A stretch of DNA of 64,000 nucleotides from an uncultured Collinsella sp. (GTDB lineage Bacteria; Actinomycetota; Coriobacteriia; Coriobacteriales; Coriobacteriaceae), in NCBI GenBank assembly GCA_959602875.1, contig CAUGVQ010000001.1:2378-66377 (forward strand), written 5' to 3'. Both the position numbers and the translations under genes were made by a program. Positions 29,131 to 39,342 of the stretch are shown here, piece after piece. The notes below the pieces were generated by a model. It made no database searches, had not been told where the DNA came from, and worked only from the letters and a program-made list of their open reading frames with translations. How positions within the stretch are numbered: position 1 is the stretch's first letter; every line of letters begins with the position of its first letter.

Positions 29131-29985
29131 ATGACCAAAACGTATTCGTTCGCTTCGTGGAACGTCAACGGCCTGCGCGCCGTGCTCAAAAAGGAGCCGA
29201 GTTTTACCGACATCGCGCGCGAGCTCGACGCCGACGTCCTCGCCATACAGGAGACCAAGCTGCAGGAGGGCCAGGTCGCGCTCGACCTGCCGGGCTACAC
29301 GCAGACCTGGAGCTATGCCGAGCGCAAGGGGTACTCGGGCACGGCAGTCTTTAGCCGCGACGCGGCGGTCGGCGCACCCCTCTCGGTCCGGCGTGCCGAC
29401 GAGCTGCTCGCGCCGGCGGTACTTGACGCGGCGGGCATTGCCGAGGCGAGCGACGCAGCCGAGCTTCTTGCCGAGGCCGTGCGCGAGGGCCGCGTTTGCG
29501 CGCTCGAGTTCGACCGCTTCTGGTTTGTGGACGTCTACACCCCCAACGCCAAGGACGGCCTTGCGCGCATCGACGGGCGCATGGTGTGGGACGACGCCTA
29601 CCGCGCCTTTTTGCGCGCACTTGAGACCGAAACGGGAAAGCCTGTTGTCACCTGCGGCGACTTTAACGTGGCGCACGAGGAGATCGACCTCAAGAACCCC
29701 AAGGCCAACCGCGGTAACGCCGGTTTTTCTGACGAGGAACGTGGCAAGTTTGGCGAGCTCCTGAATGCCGGCTTTACCGATACCTTCCGCTACCTCCACC
29801 CCGACGAGGCAGGCGCCTACAGCTGGTGGAGCTACCGCTTCAACGCCCGCAAGAACAACGCGGGCTGGCGCATCGACTACTTCCTCGTGAGCGACGCGGT
29901 GCGCGAGCAGGTGCGCGCGGCGGGCATTCGCAACGACATCTTTGGGTCCGACCACTGCCCGGTCACCCTCGAGATAGAGCTGTAG
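29131..29985 (+). CDS. xth: Exodeoxyribonuclease III / AP endonuclease
   Basis: SWNVNGLRA, QETK, GYSGT, GDFNVAH, WRIDYF, SDHCP. Confidence 0.95.
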   Translation: MTKTYSFASWNVNGLRAVLKKEPSFTDIARELDADVLAIQETKLQEGQVALDLPGYTQTWSYAERKGYSGTAVFSRDAAVGAPLSVRRADELLAPAVLDAAGIAEASDAAELLAEAVREGRVCALEFDRFWFVDVYTPNAKDGLARIDGRMVWDDAYRAFLRALETETGKPVVTCGDFNVAHEEIDLKNPKANRGNAGFSDEERGKFGELLNAGFTDTFRYLHPDEAGAYSWWSYRFNARKNNAGWRIDYFLVSDAVREQVRAAGIRNDIFGSDHCPVTLEIEL

Positions 29986-30201
29986 CGCGCAGCGCGGCGC
30001 TGCGACGGCACCGATCGGCGGCGCGAGTATGTCGCCGCGCCGCCCCGTAACCGCCGCAGCGCCGCCCTCGGCAGCCACTCCAGCCGTGGCCCGTTCGTGG
30101 ACAACCTGCGTGCGGGCTCCAAGCACGGCTGGCTGCGGTATCATCAGATAGGCTGGCTTTGCGCCGACCCATCTGCACGCGCAGCATTCCGGGGAGCTTA
30201 C

Positions 30202-31581
30202 ATGGAAGCAACCGTCATCATTCTCGCCGCTGGCGAGGGCACCCGCATGAAGTCCAACCATGCCAAGGTGTCGCATCAGATTCTCGCTAAACCTATGATT
30301 CGCTGGGTCGTCGACGCCGCGCTTGCGGCGGGCGCCGGGCGCGTCATCACCGTTGTGGGCAGCCATGCCGACGAGGTCCGCGCGCTGCTCGCAGGGCTCG
30401 ACGGCGTCGAGTGCGTCGAGCAGGCCGAGCGCCTGGGCACCGGTCACGCCGTGCGTGTGGCCCTCGAGGCCACTGGCGTCTCCGAAGGTCCCGTCGTCAT
30501 CCTCAACGGCGACCTGCCGCTTATTGAGCCCAAGACCATCCGCAAGTTCGCAGACACGGTCGCTGGCGGTACCGCCGCGGCGGCCGTTCTTACCATGACG
30601 CCGCCCGATCCGTTTGGCTACGGCCGCATCGAGCTTGACGAGGCAGGCCAGGTGCTCCGCATTATCGAGCAGAAGGACTGCACCGACGAGCAGGCAAAGA
30701 CGCTCTTGGAGTGCAACGCCGGCTGCTACGCCTTTGACGGCGCGGCGCTTGCCGCCCACATTGGCGAGGTCGGCTGCGACAACGCCCAGGGCGAGTACTA
30801 CCTGCCCGATATGCTCGAGATCCTGCGCAACCACGGCCTCGGCGTCACGTACTTCCACTGCAACGACTTCCGCGAGGGTCTCGGCGTCAACAGCCGCGCC
30901 CAGCTCGCCGAGCTCACCGCCATCGCGCGCGACCGCATCAACGCGCGCCTCATGGCAGAGGGTGTCACCATGATTGACCCCGCGAGCACCTGGATCGGTC
31001 CGGATGCAACCGTCGGCCGGGACACCATCATCTACCCCGCCACCATGCTCATGGGTGAAACCGTAATCGGCGAGGAGTGCACCGTCGGCCCCAACACGCG
31101 CCTGACCGACACGCACGTGGGCGACCACTCGGTCATTGACGAGACCGTCGCCGAAAACGTCCAGATCGATAACTACGTCACCTGCGGCCCGCGCGCCTAC
31201 CTGCGCCCCGGCACGCATCTGTGCGACCACAGTAAGGCTGGCACCCACGTGGAGATCAAGAAGTCCACCATCGGCGTGGGCTCCAAGGTCCCGCACCTCT
31301 CCTACATTGGCGACACCACCATGGGCGAGGGCGTGAACGTGGGCGCGGGCTCCATCACCTGCAACTACGACGGCGTGCACAAGAACGCCACCACCATCGG
31401 CGACAACACGTTCATCGGCTCCGACACCATGATGGTGGCGCCCGTGAACATCGGCGCAAACGCGGTGACGGGCGCGTCGAGCTGCATTACCAAGGATGTT
31501 CCTGACGGGGCGCTCGCCATCGAGCGTTCCGAGCAGCGCATCATAGAGGGCTATACCGCACGCAAGCGCGCGCGTCAGTAA
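30202..31581 (+). CDS. glmU: Bifunctional UDP-GlcNAc pyrophosphorylase/acetyltransferase
   Basis: LAAGEGTRMKS, LGTGHAV, GYGRI, GEYYL, HLSYIGD, CNYDG. Confidence 0.96.
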   Translation: MEATVIILAAGEGTRMKSNHAKVSHQILAKPMIRWVVDAALAAGAGRVITVVGSHADEVRALLAGLDGVECVEQAERLGTGHAVRVALEATGVSEGPVVILNGDLPLIEPKTIRKFADTVAGGTAAAAVLTMTPPDPFGYGRIELDEAGQVLRIIEQKDCTDEQAKTLLECNAGCYAFDGAALAAHIGEVGCDNAQGEYYLPDMLEILRNHGLGVTYFHCNDFREGLGVNSRAQLAELTAIARDRINARLMAEGVTMIDPASTWIGPDATVGRDTIIYPATMLMGETVIGEECTVGPNTRLTDTHVGDHSVIDETVAENVQIDNYVTCGPRAYLRPGTHLCDHSKAGTHVEIKKSTIGVGSKVPHLSYIGDTTMGEGVNVGAGSITCNYDGVHKNATTIGDNTFIGSDTMMVAPVNIGANAVTGASSCITKDVPDGALAIERSEQRIIEGYTARKRARQ

Positions 31582-31644
31582 AGCAAACCGGTCAGGGCAA
31601 CAGAGCGCAATCGGGAGCGCGCTCAACCAAACGAAGGGGAGAAC

Positions 31645-32628
31645 ATGCCGACCACAGACTTCAGCCAAACGATGCCGATGTTCAAGACCATGCGCGTCTA
31701 CTCGGGCACCGCCAACCGCCCGCTTGCCGAGAAGGTCGCGAAGATCCTGGGCGTCGAGCTCTCTGGCCTTGCGCTCGAGAAGTTCGCCAACGGCGAGATC
31801 TACGCTCGCTTTGACGAGACCGTCCGCGGCGCCGACGTGTTCTTCATCCAGTCCATCTGCGGCGACGTCAACGACGCCCTGATGGAGCTCCTCATCGCGA
31901 CCGACGCTGCCAAGCGCGCCTCGGCCCGCACCATCACCGCGTGCATCACGCACTACGGCTACGCTCGCCAGGACCGCAAGGCCGCCCCGCGCGAGCCCAT
32001 AACCGCTCGCCTTGTGGCGAACCTCCTCGAGCGCGCCGGCGTTGACCGCGTGATCACTCTCGATTTGCACCAGGGCCAGATCCAGGGCTTCTTCGACATC
32101 CCGGTGAACCACCTCTCGGCGCTCCCGCTCTTTGGCGAGTACTACAACAACAAGGGCTTTGACACCGACAACCTCGTGGTGGTCTCCCCCGACGTGGGCC
32201 GCGCCAAGGCCGCCAAGAAGCTCTCCGACATGCTCGGCTGCTCGCTCGCCATCGCCCACAAGGGCCGCCCGCGCCACAACGCCGCCGAGGTCATGGGTAT
32301 CATCGGCGACATCGAGGGCAAGACCTGCATCATCAACGACGACATGATCGACACCGCGGGCACGCTCTGCGCAAGCGTCCGCGAGCTCAAGAAGATGGGC
32401 GCCGGCGATATCTACGTGTGCGCCACGCACGCCATCTTCTCTGGCCCCGCGGTCGAGCGCCTGAACGACGCGCCGATCGTAGAGTGCCTCGTTACCGACT
32501 CGATCCCGGTCGAGGTCGGCGGCAAAATCAAGACCATCACCGTTGCCGACGAGTTTGCCAACGCCATCGCCGCGGTCTACGGCGAGGAGAGCGTCTCCGA
32601 GCTCGTGGGCGGCGACTTCGCCCTGTAG
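31645..32628 (+). CDS. prs: Ribose-phosphate pyrophosphokinase
   Basis: FANGE, YGYARQDRK, DLHQGQIQGFF, VSPDVG, DDMIDTAGT. Confidence 0.96.
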   Translation: MPTTDFSQTMPMFKTMRVYSGTANRPLAEKVAKILGVELSGLALEKFANGEIYARFDETVRGADVFFIQSICGDVNDALMELLIATDAAKRASARTITACITHYGYARQDRKAAPREPITARLVANLLERAGVDRVITLDLHQGQIQGFFDIPVNHLSALPLFGEYYNNKGFDTDNLVVVSPDVGRAKAAKKLSDMLGCSLAIAHKGRPRHNAAEVMGIIGDIEGKTCIINDDMIDTAGTLCASVRELKKMGAGDIYVCATHAIFSGPAVERLNDAPIVECLVTDSIPVEVGGKIKTITVADEFANAIAAVYGEESVSELVGGDFAL

Positions 32629-32656
32629 GGCTCGTTTATTCCACACCTCGCTCAAG

Positions 32657-32696
32657 GGAGGCCGGGCACCGCGTGGTGCCTGGCCTCTCTTTTTTC
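32657..32696 (+). terminator. Terminator after prs
   Basis: GGAGGCCGGGCACC/GGTGCCTGGCCTCT stem + T-tract. Confidence 0.75.
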
Positions 32697-32744
32697 ATGG
32701 TTCAGGGGTCAAGTTCCCTTGATCACATCCTGCGTTCTCATATA

Positions 32745-32821
32745 GGACATTTAGGACATTTGACGGACATGTCCTAAATCGCGTCCCAAAATGTCCGTTT
32801 GGGGCATAAAATGTCCTAAAT
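32745..32821 (+). repeat. 77-bp GGACAT/ATGTCC array, left copy
   Basis: Direct repeat of 34251-34327; first 57 bp identical. Confidence 0.95.
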
Positions 32822-32850
32822 CGCCGCGATTAATCTCGTGAGGAGTCGAA

Positions 32851-34260
32851 ATGGAGACACGCGAGCTGGATACTATATTGCGCCAAGGCGAGGGCATCTC
32901 CATCGAATTCAAACGCTGTGGAAGCCTGCCTGAACGCGATACGTTTGAGTCGATTTGTTCGTTTGCCAACAGACAGGGCGGCAACATCTTCCTCGGTGTT
33001 CTCAATAATGGAACCGTTGTTGGTGTGGACAAGAAGCGCTGCCTAGAAATCCAGCGTAACATCGTCAACACTATCAACAATCCGACCCTATTCAACGTTG
33101 CGCCCGCTCTCGAACTGGAAGAAATCACCTACCGGGATGCGACCGTGATACGCATATGGGTGCCGGTAAGCTCCATTGTCCATAGGTTCAAGGGAATCGT
33201 TTACGATCGCTCTTCAGACGCCGACATAAAAATCGAAACAGACACCCAGCTGGCAGCGCTCTATATCAGAAAACAAGAGTACTACTCAGAACGTAAGGTT
33301 TATCGGTATCTGAAAAAAGAGGACCTACGTCTCGATCTGCTTCCGCGCGTACGCTCCATGGCGCGGGCAAAACGCGCAAACCATCCATGGGCGACACTCG
33401 ATGACGACACGCTCTTGAGGAGTGCGAACCTCTATCTAAAAGACTATACGACCGGCGAAGAGGGATTTACGCTCGCCGGCGCGCTCCTTCTTGGGCGCGA
33501 CGAGGTTATCTCGAGCATCAATCCAACCTATCGGACAGACGCCTACGTACAGCTCGACGATAAGGACCGTTATGATGACCGGCTCGTCGTACGAACCAAC
33601 CTCATAGAGGCCTATGACGCGCTCCTCGGCTTTGTCCAAAAACATCTTCCCGATCGATTCTTTCTCGAGGGCACGCAGGCCGTGAGCTTGCGGGACATCA
33701 TAGCGCGCGAACTTATTACCAACACACTCATGCATCGCGAATACACCAGCCCGCTCCCCGCCAAGCTCGTTATCGATGGCAATGGGATTCGCACCGAGAA
33801 TGCAAATCGTCCTCGTTTCATTGGCGTTCTCTCGCCAGACCGCTTCAACCCCCTACCTAAAAACCCTATCATCGCTGACTTCTTCTCAAACATCGGCCTT
33901 GCCGAGAGCTTGGGAAGCGGGACGCGCAACCTATTCAAATACTCCTGGATCTATGGAGGTGAAAAACCGATCCTCCGAGAGGGGGGTGTATTTACCGCAC
34001 TGGTCCCCTTCCAGAATCGTGACGCGGCACAGGGGAAGGGCCGCGATGTTGATGAAACCATAACCTTTATGCTTACGAGTTACGGCTATGTCAGCATTGC
34101 AACCGTTGCCGATATTGCCGGGGTAACGGAGCGCACGGTGAGGCGGCACATCTCCCCACTCGTCAAAAGTGGCAAGCTGATTGCCACGGGAAGCACAAAG
34201 GATAGGCGGTATATTCCCGCCTCCTCCGACGCCGACAGCACCCGGCAGCCGGACATTTAG
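32851..34260 (+). CDS. Schlafen/AlbA_2 - HATPase_c_4 (RecG-C-like) - winged HTH protein
   Basis: GEGISIEFK, SFANRQGGNIFLGV, RELITNTLMHREY, PKNPIIADFF, ESLGSG, VADIAGVTERTVRRHI; visibly lower GC than its neighbours. Confidence 0.85.
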   Translation: METRELDTILRQGEGISIEFKRCGSLPERDTFESICSFANRQGGNIFLGVLNNGTVVGVDKKRCLEIQRNIVNTINNPTLFNVAPALELEEITYRDATVIRIWVPVSSIVHRFKGIVYDRSSDADIKIETDTQLAALYIRKQEYYSERKVYRYLKKEDLRLDLLPRVRSMARAKRANHPWATLDDDTLLRSANLYLKDYTTGEEGFTLAGALLLGRDEVISSINPTYRTDAYVQLDDKDRYDDRLVVRTNLIEAYDALLGFVQKHLPDRFFLEGTQAVSLRDIIARELITNTLMHREYTSPLPAKLVIDGNGIRTENANRPRFIGVLSPDRFNPLPKNPIIADFFSNIGLAESLGSGTRNLFKYSWIYGGEKPILREGGVFTALVPFQNRDAAQGKGRDVDETITFMLTSYGYVSIATVADIAGVTERTVRRHISPLVKSGKLIATGSTKDRRYIPASSDADSTRQPDI

Positions 34261-34327
34261 GACATTTGACGGACATGTCCTAAATCGCGTCCCAAAATGT
34301 CCGTTTGAAGGCAAAAATGTCCTAAAT
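34251..34327 (+). repeat. 77-bp GGACAT/ATGTCC array, right copy (supplies the gene's stop codon)
   Basis: Direct repeat of 32745-32821. Confidence 0.95.
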
Positions 34328-34395
34328 AGCGGACGGCGGAGCAAACACGCTGCGCCGCACCGTCGCAAGAGACGATACACACGGGAAGGAACCTC

Positions 34396-35025
34396 ATGGC
34401 AGCAGCGCAGCCGGGCAAGATTCGTATGGTCGCGGGACTCGGCAATCCGGGTGACGAGTACGCCGCGACCCGCCACAACGCGGGCTTTCGCGCCGTCGAT
34501 GAGCTTGCGCGCCAGGCGGGCGTGAGCTACTGGAAAAACCAGCTCGGTGCCAAAGTCGCCGTCATCAAGGTAAACGACGCCGAAGAAGAGGGCGGCAAAC
34601 GCGAGATCGTGCTTGTAAAGCCCCAGAGCTTCATGAACACGAGCGGCGGCCCCATCTCCAAGCTCTGCCGTGAGTACGGCATCGCTCCCGAGGAGGTGCT
34701 CGTCATCCACGACGAGCTCGACATCCCCGAGGGCGACGTGCGCGTGAAGGTCGGCGGCGGGCACGCCGGGCACAACGGTCTGCGCTCCATTATCGATAAG
34801 CTGAGCAGCCGCGACTTCAGCCGTATCCGCGTAGGGATCGGCAACCCGCCCGGGCGCATGCCGGTGGCCGATTTTGTGCTGAAGCAGTTCCGTCCCAAGG
34901 AGCTCGAGGAGTTTGACGAGACCTGCGCCCGTGCCGCCGACGCCGCGGCGCTCGCCCTCGTGCGCGGCGTTGTGTTTGCGCGCGACCATGTCAACGGGGC
35001 GGCCGCGCAAAACGGCAAGCACTGA
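34396..35025 (+). CDS. pth: Peptidyl-tRNA hydrolase
   Basis: GLGNPG, TRHNAGF, KPQSFMNTSG, HDELD, GHNGLRSI. Confidence 0.96.
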   Translation: MAAAQPGKIRMVAGLGNPGDEYAATRHNAGFRAVDELARQAGVSYWKNQLGAKVAVIKVNDAEEEGGKREIVLVKPQSFMNTSGGPISKLCREYGIAPEEVLVIHDELDIPEGDVRVKVGGGHAGHNGLRSIIDKLSSRDFSRIRVGIGNPPGRMPVADFVLKQFRPKELEEFDETCARAADAAALALVRGVVFARDHVNGAAAQNGKH

Positions 35026-35238
35026 GACGACGGACACGGCACAGCCTGTTGAGGCAATCCACCGTGCCAGCCCGCCCCCAAGGCGCTCTTGCCTCAACTC
35101 CCAACCGGATCCCTCGCCCAATGAAGCTCTTAAACCTTGCTTAGCCAAGTGTTACCGCTTAGCACGCGCGGCTACATGCGCGACGAGTGCCGCACGTCGC
35201 ACGGTATAATCGGAACATGACTGTCAGAGAGGGGCCCT

Positions 35239-36075
35239 ATGTACCAAATCCTTAAGAAGACGCAGTTCTCGGAGAACGTCTTCGAGTTCCGCGTTGCCGC
35301 GCCGCGCATGGCGAAAAAGGCGCACGCCGGCCAATTCCTCATGGTGCGCGCCGACGAGACGGGCGAGCGCGTGCCCTTTACCTTTGCTAACTGGAACCCC
35401 GAAGAGGGTTGGATCGAGTTCATCTTTATGGTGGTGGGCAAGACGACCCGCTGCCTCTCGCAGATGAACGAGGGCGACTACCTGCGCGATGTCACCGGAC
35501 CGCTCGGCTGCCCGACCGAGATCGAAGGCGACCGAGTCACCGTCATCGGCGGCGGCGTGGGCCTCGCCATTGCCTATCCCGTCGCACGCATGCTCTGCGA
35601 GCAGGGCAAAAAGGTCTCCGTCATCATGGGCGCCCGCACCGAGAGCCTGCTCATCCTAACCGAGCAGTTCCGCGCGCTGCCGCTCGAGAACCTCTACATC
35701 ACCACGGATGACGGCACGGCGGGCGAGAAGGGCGTCGTGACGGCGCCACTCGAGCGCATCTGCCAGGCGGGCGAGGTCGACCAGGTCTTCTGCGTCGGCC
35801 CCGTGCCGATGATGAAATTCTCCGCACTTACCTGCGAGAAGTTCAACGTGCCCGTTGTTGCGAGCCTGAACCCCATCATGGTCGACGGCACCGGCATGTG
35901 TGGCTGCTGCCGCGTCGAGGTGGGCGGCGAGACCAAGTTTGCCTGCGTCGACGGCCCCGACTTTGACGCTACCAAGGTCGACTGGAACGACCTTGCCCAC
36001 CGTCAGGCGAGCTACAAGACGGAAGAGGCCGCGTCCATCGCCCACTTTGAGGAGGCCTGCGCATGCCAGAAGTAA
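35239..36075 (+). CDS. nfnA: NfnA/SudB FAD/NAD-binding [2Fe-2S] subunit
   Basis: GQFLMVR, GERVPFT, GPLG, GGGVG, MVDGTGMCGCCRV, CVDGPDF; TATAAT at 35205. Confidence 0.88.
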   Translation: MYQILKKTQFSENVFEFRVAAPRMAKKAHAGQFLMVRADETGERVPFTFANWNPEEGWIEFIFMVVGKTTRCLSQMNEGDYLRDVTGPLGCPTEIEGDRVTVIGGGVGLAIAYPVARMLCEQGKKVSVIMGARTESLLILTEQFRALPLENLYITTDDGTAGEKGVVTAPLERICQAGEVDQVFCVGPVPMMKFSALTCEKFNVPVVASLNPIMVDGTGMCGCCRVEVGGETKFACVDGPDFDATKVDWNDLAHRQASYKTEEAASIAHFEEACACQK

Positions 36076-37499
36076 CTTCCACCGGCGCGAACGCCGCCGA
36101 GCCCAAGAAATATCGTCCTAACCTCAAGGCGCCGCGCACGCCCGCCAACGAGGAGCCCGCTGCCGAGCGCGCCTGCGATTTCCGCCCCGTCGACACCGGC
36201 TACACCAAGGCCGACGCCGTCGCCGAGGCCAACCGCTGCCTCGACTGCAAGCGCCCCCTGTGCATGGAGGGGTGCCCCGTCGGCGTGCACATCCCCGAGT
36301 TCATTGCCAAGATCCGCGATGAGGACTGGGCGGGCGCGCTCGAAACCATCAAGCGCGACAACCTCCTCCCCTCGGTCTGCGGCCGCGTCTGCCCGCAGGA
36401 GAACCAGTGCGAGGGCAAGTGCATCCTCGGCAAGAAGGGCGAGCCTGTAGCCATCGGCCAGCTCGAGCGCATGCTCGGCGACATGGCCGACGAGGTTGGC
36501 ACGGCACCCGTCTGCAAGCCCAAGAACGGCCACAAGGTCGCGATCGTGGGCTCTGGCCCCTCCGGCATCGCCTGCGCCGGCGAGCTCGCGCGCGAGGGCT
36601 TTGACGTCACCGTCTTTGAGGCGTTCTTCACCGGCGGCGGCGTGCTTACCTACGGCATCCCCGAGTTCCGCCTGCCCAAGGACATCGTCAAGCGCGAAAT
36701 CGACAGCCTGGAGAAGCTCGGCGTGCACTTTGAGTACAACGCGGTTGCCGGACGCCTCTTCACTGCCGACGAGCTCTTCGAGGAGGAGGGCTTCGACGCG
36801 CTCTACCTCGCCGTCGGCGCTGGCCTGCCGCGCTTTTTGAACGTCCCGGGCGAGAACCTCCCCGGCGTGTACTGCGCAAACGAATACCTCACCCGCGTGA
36901 ACCTCATGAAGGCGTACGAGTTCCCCACCTACGACACGCCCGTGCGTCGCGGCAAGAACGTTGTGGTCTTTGGCGGCGGAAACGTCGCTATGGACGCCGC
37001 GCGCACGGCACTGCGCCTTGGCGCAGAAAAGGTTACTCTCGCCTACCGCCGCACCGAGGCGGAGATGCCCGCGCGCAAGGCAGAGATCCATCACGCCAAG
37101 GAAGAGGGCGTTGAGATCCTCGAGCTGGTGAGCCCCATCGAGTTCACCGCGGGCGAGGACGGCTTTGTAAACGGCATCCGTCTGCAGCAGATGGAGCTCG
37201 GCGAGCCGGATGAGTCCGGGCGTCGCCGCCCCGTCGTCGTGGAGGGTGTCACGCACGAGATTCCCTGCGATGTTGCCATCACCGCCATCGGCACGAAGGC
37301 CAACCCCTTCGCGAGCCCGGCATCCGGCGTCGAGGCCAACAAGTGGGGCTATATCGACACCGATGAGGACGGACGCACCTCGAACCCGCGCGTGTGGGCA
37401 GGCGGCGACATCGTCACCGGCGCCGCAACGGTCATCCTCGCGATGGGCGCAGGCAAGAAGGCCGCGCACTCCATAGCTAAGACAATCTTGGAGGCATAA
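36063..37499 (+). CDS. nfnB: NfnB/SudA (GltD-like) NADPH-dependent subunit
   Basis: CLDC…CPV, CGRVCPQENQCE, GSGPSG, YGIPEFRLPK, GGGNVAMD, GGDIVTGAATV. Confidence 0.88.
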   Translation: MPEVTSTGANAAEPKKYRPNLKAPRTPANEEPAAERACDFRPVDTGYTKADAVAEANRCLDCKRPLCMEGCPVGVHIPEFIAKIRDEDWAGALETIKRDNLLPSVCGRVCPQENQCEGKCILGKKGEPVAIGQLERMLGDMADEVGTAPVCKPKNGHKVAIVGSGPSGIACAGELAREGFDVTVFEAFFTGGGVLTYGIPEFRLPKDIVKREIDSLEKLGVHFEYNAVAGRLFTADELFEEEGFDALYLAVGAGLPRFLNVPGENLPGVYCANEYLTRVNLMKAYEFPTYDTPVRRGKNVVVFGGGNVAMDAARTALRLGAEKVTLAYRRTEAEMPARKAEIHHAKEEGVEILELVSPIEFTAGEDGFVNGIRLQQMELGEPDESGRRRPVVVEGVTHEIPCDVAITAIGTKANPFASPASGVEANKWGYIDTDEDGRTSNPRVWAGGDIVTGAATVILAMGAGKKAAHSIAKTILEA

Positions 37500-37530
37500 C
37501 GCGGCAGCGATTCAAAAAAGCCTGCAATTT

Positions 37531-37570
37531 GAGCGGCCCGAGTCTTCACAGGCTTGGGCCGCTCTTGTTT
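37531..37570 (+). terminator. Terminator after nfnB
   Basis: GAGCGGCCCGAG/CTTGGGCCGCTC stem + TTGTTT. Confidence 0.65.
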
Positions 37571-37650
37571 CCGCCGCCGGTTTCGACCCCGAGCGCAGGA
37601 AAAGACTCCGTATATAGGGACGAACGCGGAGCAACATGCCCAATTTCATA

Positions 37651-37857
37651 CTCATTGGTCAAAGACCCCCGCAGAATAATAAAGAACCCCCTCGCACGAA
37701 GGCCGAAACACCTTTCCGACAGCGCAAACCAGCCGCCGACAGCGCATATTGACCCGCATTAGCGTCTCTTGGACGCCTCAATCACCTCTCAGTCGACGCT
37801 TCGACCGCTTCAACTAGGGGGTCGTTTATTATTCTGCGGGGGTCTTTGACCAATGAG
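37651..37857. repeat. MITE-like element, copy 2
   Basis: CTCATTGGTCAAAGACCCCCGCAGAATAATAAA ... TTTATTATTCTGCGGGGGTCTTTGACCAATGAG. Confidence 0.88.
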
Positions 37858-37911
37858 GGGCCCTCTTACGAGAGCCCCTCACCAAAACCAGCTATGTTGC
37901 GGCTCGAAACG

Positions 37912-38667
37912 CTACTCCACCGTCGCAGGAACGCGCAGCGGACGCGCCGCTTCGGCCTCGGCGGCCGCCTTGGACGCCGCCTCCTCACAGACGCCGAGCT
38001 CACGCAGCTTCGCGCGGTACGCGGCAGCGATGACCTCCATGCAACCCTCGCGACCAAGCTTGGCGCGGTTCACCACCAGGTCCTTGCCGCTGTCCATGCG
38101 CCACTTGCCCGCCGAGTAGCGCTTGTAGAAATCCTCGCGGAAGCGCTGCATGCGCTTCACAAGACGCGCGCCTTGGCTCCGGTTGAGACCGCGCTTGCCG
38201 GCAACGATCTTCACGCGCTCATCAAAGGGCGCGGTGACGAGCACGGCGATGTGGTTGGGGTTATGGCGCAGGATGTAATCCGAAAGGCGCCCCTCTATGA
38301 TGCAGCTCTCGGTGGAGCCAAGGTCAAGAATAACCTGCGTCATCTGCTCAAAGAGCTTGTCGGCGAGCGTGCGGGAATCCACGCGATCGGGCAGAAACGC
38401 CGTGAACTCGGCGGCAAGCTGCTCATCGTACTGGGCAATCTTGTCGACGGACTCGCCGGCGCGCTGGCTAGCACGCACGAGCACCTCTTTGTCGTACAGC
38501 GGGATGCCGAGCTCGGCGGAGAGCATCTTGCCGATCTCGTGCCCCTCGGCGCCAAAGTCGCGCGCAATGGTGATGACAACGGGCTGGCCGGCACGCTCGG
38601 CCTCGCTCGCCGCGGCGCGCGCCTCGAGAACGGCGCGCTGACGGCTGATGAACGGAATGAAGGGCAT
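37912..38667 (-). CDS. Cytidylate kinase-like family protein
   Basis: VITIARDFGAEGHEIG..L..ELGIPLYDK, CIIEGR. Confidence 0.85.
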   Translation of the reverse strand: MPFIPFISRQRAVLEARAAASEAERAGQPVVITIARDFGAEGHEIGKMLSAELGIPLYDKEVLVRASQRAGESVDKIAQYDEQLAAEFTAFLPDRVDSRTLADKLFEQMTQVILDLGSTESCIIEGRLSDYILRHNPNHIAVLVTAPFDERVKIVAGKRGLNRSQGARLVKRMQRFREDFYKRYSAGKWRMDSGKDLVVNRAKLGREGCMEVIAAAYRAKLRELGVCEEAASKAAAEAEAARPLRVPATVE

Positions 38668-38691
38668 GGTGCCTCCTTTGCTCGACGCCGG

Positions 38692-39339
38692 CTACGCGGC
38701 GACCACGCGGCGCTGGTAAGCGCGCACGATCAGCGAGATACCGAAGTTCAAAACGAAGTACAGAGCAAAAACGAATCCGTAGAGCAGCAGGACCTGCGAG
38801 AGGTCGCTTGTGTAGCCCATGACAACCTTTGCCGAGAACATGAATTCCGCGACATTGATACCGGCGAGATACGACGAGTCCTTGATGACCGTCGTGCACT
38901 GGCTAAAGAGCGCCGGGATGATGGTCTTGAACGTCTGCGGCAAGATGATGAGACGCATGCTCGCGAAGAAGCCAAAGCCCTGGCTCTGCGCCGCCTCAAA
39001 CTGGCTCTTGGGAATGGAGTTCAAACCGCCGCGGATGATCTCGGCCATAACGGCAGACGTGAAGATCGTGAACGCCAGAACCGAGATGAAAATGTCGTTG
39101 CCTTTCACCGTGAAGTAGATGAAGAGGATCCACAGCAGGTTAGGCGTGCAGCGGAAGAGCTCGATGTAGGCGGAGACCAGCCATTTGAAGATGCTGAGCT
39201 TGCCGGTGCAATACTGTTTAACAAGCGCGAGCACCGTTCCCAAGATGACCGAGAAGATGATAGCGAGTATCGAAATCTCGATCGTTTTCAGGAAGCCCTG
39301 CATGATGAAGGAGACGTTTGCGGGAGTAAAAATTTCCAT
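38692..39339 (-). CDS. Polar amino-acid ABC permease
   Basis: ELFRCTP, AEIIRGG..SIPKSQFEAA, ILPQ, IKDSS. Confidence 0.92.
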   Translation of the reverse strand: MEIFTPANVSFIMQGFLKTIEISILAIIFSVILGTVLALVKQYCTGKLSIFKWLVSAYIELFRCTPNLLWILFIYFTVKGNDIFISVLAFTIFTSAVMAEIIRGGLNSIPKSQFEAAQSQGFGFFASMRLIILPQTFKTIIPALFSQCTTVIKDSSYLAGINVAEFMFSAKVVMGYTSDLSQVLLLYGFVFALYFVLNFGISLIVRAYQRRVVAA

Positions 39340-39342
39340 GCC

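Noticed and set aside
29083..32655. Very long antisense ORFs (1190 aa here; also 16738-19239, 21790-24078, 37846-39921, 47287-49251, 56172-57956)
   Set aside because: Shadow frames of well-supported genes in high-GC DNA, with no recognisable motifs.
36063..37499. Glutamate synthase small subunit call
   Set aside because: No gltB large subunit nearby; pairing with the upstream FAD/[2Fe-2S] gene fits NfnAB better.
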